Shown here one piece after another: positions 12,874-24,831 of a stretch of 64,000 nt of DNA (position 1 is its first letter; each line of letters starts with the position of its first letter). The DNA comes from Blepharisma stoltei ATCC 30299 (lineage: Eukaryota > Protista > Ciliophora), in assembly GCA_965603825.1 (NCBI GenBank), contig CBFDEM010000053.1, positions 558,001-622,000 on the forward strand, in the 5' to 3' direction. The notes beneath the pieces are model-generated. The model did not search any database, was not told where the DNA came from, and saw only the letters and a program-made list of their open reading frames with translations. Made by a program: the position numbers and the translations under genes.

Positions 12874-14286
12874 ATGGAAAACGAGACATTGATAGGAAGA
12901 GTTGTGAAATACACCGATGAAAAACTGAATCACAAATTCGCAGAGGTGATTGAGACTGAGGATGAAATTGTTAAATGCAAAGAACTTTTGAGGCCTGAGG
13001 ACACAAAAGCTGGAAGACATTTGTATTGTGGAGATCGAGAGCTTTACCGTGGAAGTCTTGTTTTTGAGATGAATAAGGCTGATATAAAAGACTCTTACCC
13101 AATTGTATCATTGCAGGAGTATCCTACATCAAAAGGATTTCTGGTACGCCAATCTTATAGTGCAAGCACAAAATCATTTACTCCAGCAAAGCTACCAATA
13201 GTTTGCCTGTGCCAGCAGCCTCTTAACCCTGATATAAAATTTGCAATATGTCAGAAATGCAATCAAGTCTTTCATGATGCCTGCCTTACAGATGTTTCTT
13301 CTTGTCCAGACTGCTCTTTACCCTTTAAAAGGCAGCGCATTGAAATCCTTGACTTAGACTCTCCTAAAAAGCTGCAAAAAACTTCCACAAAAGCTCGGGT
13401 CGTCAATAACGAAAATTTGCCTTTAGATATAGACAAATATAAAAACCTTGACGAAAACAGCAGAGAAAGGCTGCAAGATAATGTAATGAAAGTCCACAAT
13501 AACTATATATCTCTCCAATCAAGTTTATCATATGAAGAAAAAGCAAGGCAGCAACTTATCTGCAAAATAATAAGCAGCCTTTATCTTGCAATAGAAGAAA
13601 ACAGAGACTTGAAGATTTCTAGATCTTCTAAAGATTTAGAAAAAAAAGCTATGGAAATTGAAGCTGCAATTTATTATTCAGCAGGAAGCAAAACAAGCTC
13701 AGCAGCTTATAAAGGAAAAGTCAGGTCGTTGATATTTAATCTATGTGATGAAAAAAACCCTGATTTTAGGTTTGGGATTTTGAAAGGAGAAATCAGCGCT
13801 AAGGAGATTTCCAATATGCAGTCAAAAGATATGGCGTCTTCTGCGATTAAAAATTTTAGACAGGAAAGGCAAAAAAAATATACTGAAGAAAACTTGGTCT
13901 TGCCTCAAATTGAAGCAAAATTGATGGTAAAAACTCATAAAGGAGAAGCGGTTTTTACAATGGAAGAAGGCATAACTGATGAAACAAGCACTGACATTTT
14001 AGATGTGCTGAGCAAAAAGAATGCAAAAAGAATAGAAGAGAATGGGATTGAAGGAACTGATGAGGATGATCCGTTTAATCCGGATAATTATGGTAATCAG
14101 TCTAAAGAGGAAACAAAAAATGATGAAGGGGTTAGTCCACAAATTTATGAGCTTGTAAAAGATTGGATGCCAAAAACATTGTCAAGCAAGCTTAAAGAAA
14201 CGCTAGGACATTATCTTGAGCGAGAGCAGTCAAGTAGGGTTTTATCCAGAATTAAATTTCTTTCTCAGATAAGCAAATCAAAATAA
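12874..14286 (+). CDS. BAH-PHD + TFIIS central-domain chromatin/transcription protein (470 aa)
   Basis: BAH-like LRPEDTKAGRHLYCGDREL; PHD CLCQQPLNPD..CQKC..FHDAC..CPDC; TFIIS-M EIEAAIY..YKGKVRSLIFNLCDEKNPDFR..MQSKDMAS. Confidence 0.82.
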   Translation: MENETLIGRVVKYTDEKLNHKFAEVIETEDEIVKCKELLRPEDTKAGRHLYCGDRELYRGSLVFEMNKADIKDSYPIVSLQEYPTSKGFLVRQSYSASTKSFTPAKLPIVCLCQQPLNPDIKFAICQKCNQVFHDACLTDVSSCPDCSLPFKRQRIEILDLDSPKKLQKTSTKARVVNNENLPLDIDKYKNLDENSRERLQDNVMKVHNNYISLQSSLSYEEKARQQLICKIISSLYLAIEENRDLKISRSSKDLEKKAMEIEAAIYYSAGSKTSSAAYKGKVRSLIFNLCDEKNPDFRFGILKGEISAKEISNMQSKDMASSAIKNFRQERQKKYTEENLVLPQIEAKLMVKTHKGEAVFTMEEGITDETSTDILDVLSKKNAKRIEENGIEGTDEDDPFNPDNYGNQSKEETKNDEGVSPQIYELVKDWMPKTLSSKLKETLGHYLEREQSSRVLSRIKFLSQISKSK

Positions 14287-14543
14287 TATTTAATAAATAA
14301 ACTATCATGATATTTGAAGAGTGGTATATACACAATTTAAATTTAAATTATTCATTGATATTGCTTATATGAATTATTTTTTAGCAATCTAGCATTGATT
14401 TTTGTAAGTTAATCAATAATTAATTTATCGATTTTGCAACAGATTATATCATTGGACTTTAAACAATTCGTAACTAGTTTTTAGACTGAAATAAATACAC
14501 TATTTTTTATAATTCTGCTTGGAGTATTGAAAATCATTTTTAA

Positions 14544-14867
14544 TTACAATATTTCTTCCTTATATCTTGTGTGAATTGATCTTGAATATGCCATAGGCCA
14601 TGAACCTCTCCGCTTTAATTCTTGACGCACTGAAATAGGCTTTTGAATAGAGCTTTCAATCACTAAATAATAAATACCTTGCCTAGATACAAGCCGATAT
14701 AAAGGCAAAAACAATCCTAAGATATAAATAGAAATTGTTATAGTAAGCACAAAAAGTCATTTATCTCATAAGGAAATCGACAAATTTTCTCCAACCCAGT
14801 CTAAGTCAAATGCACAGGTCAGGTATCCAAGCACAAATCCGATAGAGAGGAGAATCGGTCCCCACAT
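14544..14867 (-). CDS. Small membrane protein (107 aa)
   Basis: ATG at 14867 is in frame through two TGAs with ORF 14544-14750; two hydrophobic stretches. Confidence 0.55.
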
Positions 14868-15701
14868 TTATGCTAAATTATAAAAATAAATTTTAATTGT
14901 CAAAGACTTTGAGAAAAAAGATTTTTATCTAAAAAATACTTACATAATTGAAGGCATAAAGATTTAGTCATGTAAAAATCAAAAGAGCAAAAATAGAATA
15001 TTTTATAAATAATTATAAGTCCAAAACCTTATGGAGCTAGAATAAATGATATGTAAAAAATAATGATAAAAATTCAATGAAATATTTTGACTTATAGCTC
15101 AAAATTTGATGAGTGATTTGGCAGAAAACCAAAAGAGCAGTTTATTTTTAAAATCAAAATTGCCATGTTTCTTTGAAAATAAATTCTTTATTAAAATAAG
15201 TCAGTAAGCACATATTTTTTTTAAATTTTAAAATAAGCAATCATTTGAGAAACTTTATCAAAAAATATAAAATAAATCTATGTGTTATAGCTTATGAGCT
15301 CTTTTAATTAATAAGGGTAAATGGCTTGAAGCTAAATCTGTCGTCTCACCACTAATTTTACTGACGAATTAGCATTTAATTTACATTAACTCGAATTTCT
15401 CTTATAAATTTTGTTTTGATATCCAAAAATACTGTCTAGGCTCAGCTCCGCTTATAAAATATTGATCCTCTGTAATTAAAAGTTTTTTTTTATGACCCAC
15501 CAACGAACTAAATTGCAAAATAAACTTATCTTTGCTAATTTTAACGAAAATAATTATAGGCAGCTTTTTGTAATAACAAAAAATTGGATTTCTAGCAATT
15601 AAATTTAATAATTTCTATTGAAATTATTTAGTTCAGTTTTAAAATTACTAATCAATTATTTATCTTTATTGTAATTACTTGGCTTTGTAGGCATTTCGCC
15701 A

Positions 15702-16169
15702 TTAAAAATTATTTCTGTGAGAGATGAAAATATGCTTTTTGAGCATATATTTGTTGTACAAGATCATACCGCACTGGCTGCATCTAACCTTTTTAACATC
15801 TTTGTGGACTTGATTTAGGTGAAAAGTGACTGCAAACTTGTCCTTAAAATGCTTATTACATTCAGGGCAAGCTTCAGCTTTTCCCTCAATGCTGTGTATC
15901 TTTCCCATGTGTTGCTTGAGTCCTTTGTAGTTTTTAAAGTACTTACAACAGGCCTCGCACTGAAGTCTTTTATCGTTGCTTTCTTTTTTGTCATCTAATT
16001 TTTTTTTCATACAAGTTTGCAATTCTTTGAAAGTTTCAAAGAAGTTGTTTGGTAAAAATTCTGTTGTTGAATTATCTTCTCCTTGGTTGAGTAGGGGTAG
16101 TTGAGGCATTTTCGTATGAAAAGGCCATATCATCATGCTTGATTTTGGGTTTGAGTTACTTGATTCCAT
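15702..16169 (-). CDS. C2H2 zinc-finger protein (3 fingers)
   Basis: CEAC..HMGKIH, CPEC..HLNQVH, CSQC..HIFISH. Confidence 0.85.
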   Translation of the reverse strand: MESSNSNPKSSMMIWPFHTKMPQLPLLNQGEDNSTTEFLPNNFFETFKELQTCMKKKLDDKKESNDKRLQCEACCKYFKNYKGLKQHMGKIHSIEGKAEACPECNKHFKDKFAVTFHLNQVHKDVKKVRCSQCGMILYNKYMLKKHIFISHRNNF

Positions 16170-17725
16170 ATAATTATTTTTTTGGTATTGAGGAGACCTA
16201 TTATAAGCATTCAGTAATTACATAAAAGATGGAATAGTTTGAATTAAAATATGGCAGGAATTAACTCATGGAACAGACTTTATTTTGATTAAACTAGCTG
16301 CCATTTTTGAAATTATAAATATTAATCAAATGGTTTCTAAGAATAGGAAGAAGAGCCGGAATTTACTGTAAAGTTCTTTTTATAGAGGGAAATTAAATTC
16401 TGTGGAATTATTTTTATTATTTTTTATCTAAAAATTTAGCAAATTAAATTAATTAATTTTATAAAATTCAGGACAAAGAGCATCATTAAGTGTTCTAAGA
16501 ATTTGATTAGGATAAATTTATTACTTCATTTTTCAAGTTAGAGACTTAGAAGTTACATCGATTAATTAAATATAAGAACATGGGAATTATAAAGGATTTT
16601 TAATCAATGCAGTCAGCTGAAGCTTAATTATATCATATGCATTCATTCTCTCTTAGAAAATATTATCAAAAAGACCAGATATGAATTTAGAAAAATCGAG
16701 ATCAATCCAGTAAAATCCAAAAAAAAATTATAGAGTGCATGATTTTATGTTTCACACAAATAAAATGATCACGAGCAATATTTTATGGATTGATCATGCT
16801 TTTCTAATTCTTGCCAAGACTAAAATTAAACAAGAGGAAAAAAGGATAATTATAGGTATTTATGCTTCTATAGGTTTTTCCACTATTCCAGACTATAAAG
16901 AAATAAAGGCGATTGTAGAAAATTAAGAAAAAATTGTGTTCTCTTGAGGCCAATGGCATTATCAAAGCCATAATTGATGCGGATGCGGTCTATCAGTTTA
17001 TCTATAAGTAAAATTTTACTAAGCATTGCTACCAATTCGATCTTCTCTCTGTCAGCAAATATGATTAGAATATAGCAATGATGCTAGCATTAAGAGCTTA
17101 AGTATTATTAGACAAATATCAAGAATTAGATAAAGAGCTAGCCTAGTATGAATAATGCAAAAACTAAAATACAGTAGCAGTAGTTTTAAAGAGTCTAATA
17201 TAAATGTTATTGCCAAATGTTTGAATAAAATAGTCAGAACTGATACAAATTTTATGCTTTAGCAAATATTAGCTAAAATGAGAAAACATCTTTCCTGAAA
17301 AAAAAATTAATAAAAGGCAAAAGACCAAATTCACTGCATACCTTTACCATCAAACTTAGCAAGCTTAAATAACTAATTCCACTTGATCTTATTCTGGATT
17401 CCTTTCTGCTAGATTTATGATTATTTTGATTTTAGATTTTAAGGTCAATCTGCATTTTAAAATAACTTTCGATAATTATCAAAGAATGGACTTAATTTGC
17501 AAGATCAAGCTTTAATCTCACTTCTGCAAATATAAATATCATAAATATTGTATACTTGCTGGCAGATAATAACCTTAAGCATGATTGCTATTTGACAGAT
17601 TGGATATAATGACTATTTTGAAGATTTATTAATAGGATCAGAAATTAATGACAAATTTCATTATATTTGCCAGTTTTCAAATTATAATTCATTTAATTTA
17701 AATTGAATAATAATAAATCTATTCA

Positions 17726-18484
17726 CTAAGAATTTAATAACATTTTACGCTCTTTTGCCATTTTTGACGACCAAGTTAAATGTATGCTGGTATTTGTGAC
17801 CTTTGAAATCTGATAAGGAAGACTTATTGCTAAGGTCACTAAGCTCCATTCACATAATGCTTCAACAACTTCGTTGACAAGGAAGTTTGAATAAATTGTA
17901 TAAGCAAAATGTCATTCAAAAGCTGTAATTGCGAAAAGAATGTGGCATATTAGAACCGATCTTCTACACCTTCTTAACCACGTTTTTTCATTTAAATCAA
18001 GCTGAATATTCTCGAAACCAAAAAGTGCTGCGTACATTCAGAGACTTAAGAATAAATATCCTGTCACAGTAATGAAAGGATGGGCTGTGTCCAGAGGTAA
18101 GAAATAAAGCCCATTAATTTCGTCTATGATTCCTGTAGCAAGAATCGCACAGCATCCACAGATTCCAAAAATATTCATTTTCCATGAAATATAAGTGGTA
18201 ATAGAATTAGCTAGCTTTGATGTGACAGACATAAATAGAAGAGGGAGCAAAGATACATAGAATGTGATACCAAAAACAATTCATCTGTCATGGTTTCTGA
18301 AGGATAGCAAATAAGAGATGGTTGGGTAATATCTTGAGCAGCGAAAACTAAACATACATCCAAATAATATGCTTGAAAAAATGATGCAAAATGTAATGCT
18401 CCCTGATATTGTTCAGAAAATTGATTCTTTTACATTGATTATTTTCTTTTCCTTCCCTAGTATTGAGAATGATGAAGAGCTCAT
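17726..18484 (-). CDS. Frag1/DRAM/Sfk1 (PGAP2-like) multi-pass membrane protein (252 aa)
   Basis: Open from ATG 18484 to TAG 17726 with TGA=W at 18413, 18281, 18038 and 17912. PTISY and EALCEW motifs, about 6 TM segments. Mostly missed by the ORF track. Confidence 0.75.
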
Positions 18485-18896
18485 ACAAAAATAATTTATA
18501 TCCCATTTTTAAGTGATGAATATCTGTTCTCTTTAAAAAGATTCTCCATAAGGGATATAAAATAATTGTAAAATCTAAAAAGATTCCAACAAAAATTTAA
18601 AATCAATTATTTATAATTTTATTACAATTATAAGTTTAAGATATTTCTTTTCCGAGTAAATAAATTTTAATTTTTCTCTGGCATTTAAATGGGATATAAA
18701 ACTTGAAGCTCGTGAAATCTATTGAGTAAACTCATTAATACGCAACAGGTAATATTTTAAAAATTGACTATAAAAAATCATTTTGCCTTTGAGAATCAAA
18801 ATAATAAATCTTAAGCTGAGAAGAGATCTCTGTAGCTTAAAATGCCTCAAAATAAATCTATATAGATAATTATTATTCAATTTCTCAAAAATTAAA

Positions 18897-20126
18897 ATGA
18901 CTGAACCTAGTCGTCTCAAAGTTGAAGTAAACGACCCTCAAATAAAGCAAACCTTCTCAGGCCATCGTGGCCCTATCACAGGACTTGCGATAAATCCAAA
19001 CTCAAATGAAATAGCATCATCTTCCGAAGACTCATGTGTCAAAATCTGGAGTTTCAAACAAGACAAGCGTCCTTACCTTTTTATGGGCCACTTAGGTTCA
19101 GTTACTGAGCTCTGCTACTCTCCAAATGGCGATACAATCGCTTCATCCTCCAAAGATGAAACAGTGAAGCTCTGGACCAATACCTTTGAAGGAAGATCCG
19201 TAGGTTGGCGGGCGCATAATGGCGGAGTGACAACGATTTCTTTTTCTTCTGATGGCAGCTACCTGCTAACAGGTTCAGAAGATAAAACTCTTAAAGTGTG
19301 GTCAGTCTCTGAAAGAAAGTTCGAGTTTTCCTTATCAGGCCATCGAGATTGAATAAAAAGTGCAAGATTTAGTTCTGATACCAGAATGATCATTTCTGGA
19401 AGCGATGATAGCGAAGTCAAACTTTGGGATACAAGCAGGCAAGAATTAACAAGTACGCTATTTGGGGTTGAAGGAGCAGCTAATGCAGTCAGATTCCACC
19501 CTGATGGGGCATGTGCAGCTGCTAGCAGCACTGATGCAAATATCAGGATTTGGGATATCAGGTCACAGAGACTTATTCAGCTTTATGATGGACATAGTAG
19601 CAGTGTGACTTCAATAGCTTTTCACCCAAGCGGCAACTATTTATTGTCCTCTTCATTAGACTCCACTTTAAAAATCTGGGATTTAAGACAAGGGCATATC
19701 ATATATACACTCCATGGGCATGAAGGAGGGTCTACAGCTGTAGCCTTTTCAAAAGATGGAGGACAGTTTGTATCAGGAGGAATTGATGGCAGAATAATTG
19801 CATGGAAAACAAATATCATGGCGTCGACACCTGAAACGTCATCACAGGCTAATTCTAAAACAAAATCGCTTAATGCAACAAATAAATTGAGGAAAAGCCA
19901 AAGCTTGACTGAGACTATTAAGTCAGAAAAAACTGAAGAAGCTAAACTATCAGAAGATTTGGCTGAGCCACTTAATAAGATTGTGAGTCAACTTAATGTT
20001 ATAACGAAAGCTATTGTAAGTCTTGACCAAAGAGTTAACAAATTTGAAGACCATATTAAGAGGATTTCTGATAGAGTCGGAGTTGTTAGCAATGTAGAGC
20101 CAAGTGCGCCTTTAGAAGAGATTTAA
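18897..20126 (+). CDS. POC1: POC1 centriolar WD40 protein (409 aa)
   Basis: Seven WD40 repeats, GHRD-W(TGA 19350)-IKSARFS, and C-terminal coiled coil LNKIVSQLNVITKAIVSLDQRV. Confidence 0.9.
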
Positions 20127-20554
20127 AATTTATAATTTATTTATTGGTATAATCATAAAACTCAGAAAAATTATAGTAGCTTAGATAGGTTATAATAGAC
20201 TGTTCCGATAATAGATTTAAAAGTAAAAATGTCGTTCTGCCGTTTTGTAAACAGTAATAAAAAATAAAGCTATTTTTAAATGAAATTTATTAGCTGTTCT
20301 GATATTAAATTTAAATAAAATTTTAAAATATTAATTTATCTAATAATCTTAATTGAATTGCAATGCTGAAACTTGTTTTAAGTACGCATATCTACACTGA
20401 CATAGGCTAATCCCATTTCAATCACAAATTTGTACTGATAGAATAAACTATTAAACTTCAGTTAATAATTTTAAATTATATATCTACATTATTTGAAATT
20501 TTGTATGCTGATAAAATGGCGATTTTTTAAGAAAAATCCGAATAAATATAATAA

Positions 20555-21757
20555 ATGGCAGGACAGATTTTAGGGAAAGTGCTAGTTGCTTACTTTGTCA
20601 ATTGGGCAATTTATGAAAGGCATTTTGAAGTCTTTAACATTGATTTATCAATGGTGACCCATTTAAACTATGCATTTGCACAGGTTGACTATAACGGAGT
20701 AGTTTCGCTAACTGACCCTTGGGCTGATGAGCAGCGACGATATCTGGATCGAGGAGACTCGTGGAATGACCCACCCGGCAAGCTTTATGGAAGCCTTGGA
20801 CAACTTTACAAGCTAAAGGTAACGAATAGGCATCTAAAAACTGGAATTTCTATCGGAGGGTGGACTTTAAGTGGCCCATTCAGCGCTGTATGTGCTGACC
20901 CAGCTAAGAGGAGAAATTTTATCCAAACCTCTTTAACCATCTTAATGGACTATGGATTTGACTATATTGATATAGACTGGGAATACCCTGTTTCAGGAGG
21001 ATTAGACAGCAACACTCGCTCCACAAATGACATCAACAATTTTATTTCTCTTCTTAAAGAGTTCAACCAAGCCTTTGATAGGGTCCAGTCCACCTTAGGA
21101 TTCAGACCTTTTATCACACTTGCGGCTCCAGCTGCCAAACAAAACTACCAGCATTGGAATTTCGTAGAGATGTCGAAATATGTAGAATTTTTCAATATTA
21201 TGACTTATGATTTTGCTGGATCATGGTCTCCATATGCTTGGCATATGTCTAATTTGTATAGAAGCACAAATGGGTTTTCAGTAAATGAAACTATTACAGA
21301 TTTAATGAGTTCGATGAATTTGTCCCCAGATAAAATATGTATGGGAATCCCTCTCTATGGAAGAGGGTACAGCAATTGTAATGGCCTTGGGAGCTCATTT
21401 AATGGACTTCCGACACAAGGACTTTATGAAGCTGGAATTTATGATTATAAAGTGATCCCACCAGATAACTTTGTAGTATACTTTGATGACTCTGCTAAAG
21501 CTCCTTATTCATATTCTTCAAGTCAGAGAGTTCTTATCACTCATGATAACCCTCTGTCAGTTGGCTACAAGCTTCAGTACCTTCATGACAAATCTTTAAG
21601 GGGAGTTATGTTTTGGGAGACTTCTGGTGACAGGCCTCAATCCTCTGTTGAGTCATTAATTAGAATCAGTTATGATCAAATCAAGAGCAGCATTGACTCA
21701 ACATTAAACCACGTCGTTTATCCTACATCTAAATTCACAAATATACTACACGAATAG
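20555..21757 (+). CDS. GH18 chitinase (400 aa)
   Basis: YFVNWAIY, THLNYAFA, SIGGWT, catalytic DIDWEYP, MTYDFAG and GVMFWE; TAG stop. Confidence 0.95.
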   Translation: MAGQILGKVLVAYFVNWAIYERHFEVFNIDLSMVTHLNYAFAQVDYNGVVSLTDPWADEQRRYLDRGDSWNDPPGKLYGSLGQLYKLKVTNRHLKTGISIGGWTLSGPFSAVCADPAKRRNFIQTSLTILMDYGFDYIDIDWEYPVSGGLDSNTRSTNDINNFISLLKEFNQAFDRVQSTLGFRPFITLAAPAAKQNYQHWNFVEMSKYVEFFNIMTYDFAGSWSPYAWHMSNLYRSTNGFSVNETITDLMSSMNLSPDKICMGIPLYGRGYSNCNGLGSSFNGLPTQGLYEAGIYDYKVIPPDNFVVYFDDSAKAPYSYSSSQRVLITHDNPLSVGYKLQYLHDKSLRGVMFWETSGDRPQSSVESLIRISYDQIKSSIDSTLNHVVYPTSKFTNILHE

Positions 21758-21762
21758 TTAAA

Positions 21763-23109
21763 TTAATGACGTTGCCTTCCTAGAACATTACTGATTGCTT
21801 TATTTTTATTATAATTCATCCTAAGTCGTGTTCTGTTTATTTCAGTATGCTCGCTTAGATTGACGATATTTTTCAGCTCAGAAACAATGTCGTCTTCTTT
21901 TTCGTCTTCTTCAGCGATGACGTTTTGCTCGCTTAAATTTGACGCTATTTCTTCAGGTATTTTTTCTTGATTTGTTATGGTGTCAGATCTATTTCTGCCA
22001 GATTCTTCTTGAATTGTCTCATTATTTACCTCTCGATTAGTCATATCTCTCGTCATAGATCTCATAGTTCTTAAGGCGAAATTGACGGTTTTTAATTTAT
22101 CAACAGCTCTTTTGATCGATTTCTTTTCTGGGGCTTCATCAATCCACTTCCCAGACATGAGCTCATCAAGGATCCCTAGGTTTTCTAAAGCTGTTGGCTC
22201 TTTTCTGACGTTTACTCCTAATATGCTGGACTGATTACTCGTTTCTTCAGGAAAAAACTTTGTATATTGATTATATCTTGGGCTATCTTTATAGATAGAA
22301 TGCAGAACGTTTGAGTTGTGCCTTGAATGGCTTTTTAGCATTTGTTCAATTCCTGCTTTTGGAGTAGATTGCTTATTCATTTCAGTCATCATTGAAGATA
22401 TGCTTGTTTCTGATCTTTGAGTCCCATTTTGAGTTATTTTAGGTCGAGGCGGTTTTTTATTAAAAGAAGGAATCTCAATATATACTGGAGACGCCGACTC
22501 TTCTAAAGCTGTTATGGTCCTCTTAAGGTTGGCTTCAGACTCATTGCCTCTTCCTTCAAGATTTAGTAAGGAAGGAGTGGTCCCTGATCGCTTTTCAAAT
22601 CTATCTTGTGAGGATTTTTTTTCTTCACAAAGATGTATAACTTCCTTTAAAATTTGTTTAAGCTTAAGAGTCCAACTATCATGATATTTAAAAGAATGCT
22701 TCAAAACTAGCGAAAGAGACCTTTCAATATACTGCCTTATTATATGCTTTTTATCCTTCTCATTTTTATTCAGCCATATCGTAAACCCTCTCAGCCTCTT
22801 CAAATTGCTAATAAGCCGCTTTCCGAGATTTTCTAAAATTCATACATCTTTTGCATACTTTAGTTCACTTTCTATATAAGCTGCAATTAATGTAGGCATT
22901 TCCCTTTCTGCATCTTGGCAATACGAAGAATATATAATTCTTCAAATCCTTACCAAAGAATCTTGGATTATTCCTTCCAAAGGAGAAGAGCTATTCGAGA
23001 TTATTTTTTCGTTTTCTGAAATCGGCTCAGAGTAATTCATATAGTTGACAGCTTCAAAAGTCTTATCAGAAGATTCCTTATCATAAATTTCAAACCAGTT
23101 AGTTTCCAT
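21763..23109 (-). CDS. Hypothetical protein (448 aa)
   Basis: ORF extends to ATG 23109 via TGA at 22942 and 22840. Confidence 0.75.
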
Positions 23110-23167
23110 TAATCAAATTTAACGAAGCACATTTATTATATAAGAATCATTTTTTATTGATATGGCA

Positions 23168-24334
23168 CTAATAATAAGATTTATAAAAATGTTTTGCCGC
23201 ATAAGGCGATTTCCAGTGAGGAAACTGAGGCTTTGAGATTACTGATTTCTGGTCCAGGGTAATGTTCTTTTTTGAATAAGTAGGACCTTGAATTTTGGGG
23301 ATCTGCTTAAGTTTTTTGTTGTCAATTGGAGGCAAATAGATGGATTCTTTAGACTTGCTGCCTGCTGCACTATCTGCCGATGGAGATTCAGACCTTGCAG
23401 GCACCGCAAAAAGCCTGACTGTTTTTTCTTGCTGCCGAAGCTCATTGAAATAAGGATGCTTTAGAGCTTCATGAGCAGAAATCCTTTCTTCCCAATTGTA
23501 AACTAAAAGCTTCTGGATCAAATCAACTGCTTGAGGATTCGCGTTCGGGATAAGCCGAGAAAATCCGGTTCCATCGACTTTTGAAAAATTTATTTCCATA
23601 TGAGTCGCTTTCTTCTTAAAATCGTCTAGGATAGCTTGGCTTGGGGTTCCCATAATTTTATGTATCAGTCTGACTTGGTCCAGCTCATTCTTCCCAGGAA
23701 ACAGTGGCGTCAAAGCAATGACTTCGAAAAAAATGCAGCCTGCACCCCAATTGTCCATCGCAAAATTATAAAAACCATCTGTAAGCAAGCACTCAGGAGG
23801 TCTATACCATCTTGTCGAAATATATTCTGTATAAGGCTGGCGAGTGTTTATCCCTCTGCAAGAGCCAAAATCAGCTAGCTTCAAAATGTCGTCTGCAAGC
23901 AAAACGTTTTCAGGCTTGATGTCCCTATGAAAAATGTCTGTGTGGTGCATATGTTCGAGCGCTATTAGCAGCTGGTACATATAAGACTTTATCTTGGCTT
24001 CAGGAATAGGATGTTTTCTCCCTTTATATCATTCATAAAGATTTAAATCCATCAGTTCAAACACCAATGCGAGTCTTCCTGTGGGCTCGTCACTGAATAG
24101 CTGTTACTATATCACTTCAATTAGCTTTACTATGTGGGGATGAGGCGATAGACGCCTCAAAGCTTGGATTTCTCGTAAATTATTAACCTGCTCGATAGAT
24201 GTAAAATGGGTTTTCATGCATTTTATCGCAACAAACTTGCCTGTTTTTATGCTTTGTGCTTTGAGGACCTCGCTGAAGGTTCCTTCTCCTTTCTTCGAAA
24301 TAAGTCTGTATTCTATGTAACAGTTACTATGCAT
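23168..24334 (-). CDS. MOK: MOK/RAGE-like (RCK family) protein kinase, two introns (378 aa)
   Basis: KKGEGTFSEV, NNLREIQALRRL, HRDIKPEN, TEYISTRWYR. Introns 24313-24327 and 24093-24107; TGA at 24029; TAG stop. Confidence 0.92.
24093..24107 (-). other. 15-nt spliceosomal intron
   Basis: GTAACAGCTATTCAG; removal gives EVIYDEPTGRLALV; retention gives TAG TAA. Confidence 0.93.
24313..24327 (-). other. 15-nt spliceosomal intron (in-frame, stop-free)
   Basis: GTAACTGTTACATAG with A at position 10; removal gives MHKYRLISKKGEGTF, a typical MOK-like start. Confidence 0.8.
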
Positions 24335-24831
24335 CCTTTAATGTATTTTATTATTTTGTTGATGTTATTTTTTGATTTGTCTGTGAATTTTAATAAATAA
24401 AATGATAATTAATGCATAAGATGGAAATTGGGTTCATTGAGGAAAAAATTAAGAGATAAACTAATTTTAAACGAAGAATATTTAGAGATTTTTTAAACTG
24501 ATTCAGAATTATATTCTAGAATAAAAATGCAAATATTTATTTAAATAATTTGATGATTTTGCTTAATTATTAAGAATTAAACGATTTCAAAATTTATATG
24601 AATTCAGGCTGACTTTTGAAGATATTGAAAATTATTATTTTTCTAATTAAATATGAGAGAAAGTTAAAATCCTGTTATATTAATAAGCTTCAATTAAAGA
24701 AGGATCATATTCACTTTATTAAAAAATTTAATTTTTAAAGCAAAATATAACTTTCTATGCCATGAAGATGTATATTTATAAAAATCTTAGGTTTTAAGGT
24801 AAATTAGTTACTGCTTAATTCTATTTAAATT

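Noticed and set aside
16200-17700. Long spacer with ORF 16735-16926, possibly a decayed gene
   Set aside because: Frequent TAA/TAG, no ATG start for that ORF and no recognisable domain or terminal repeats.
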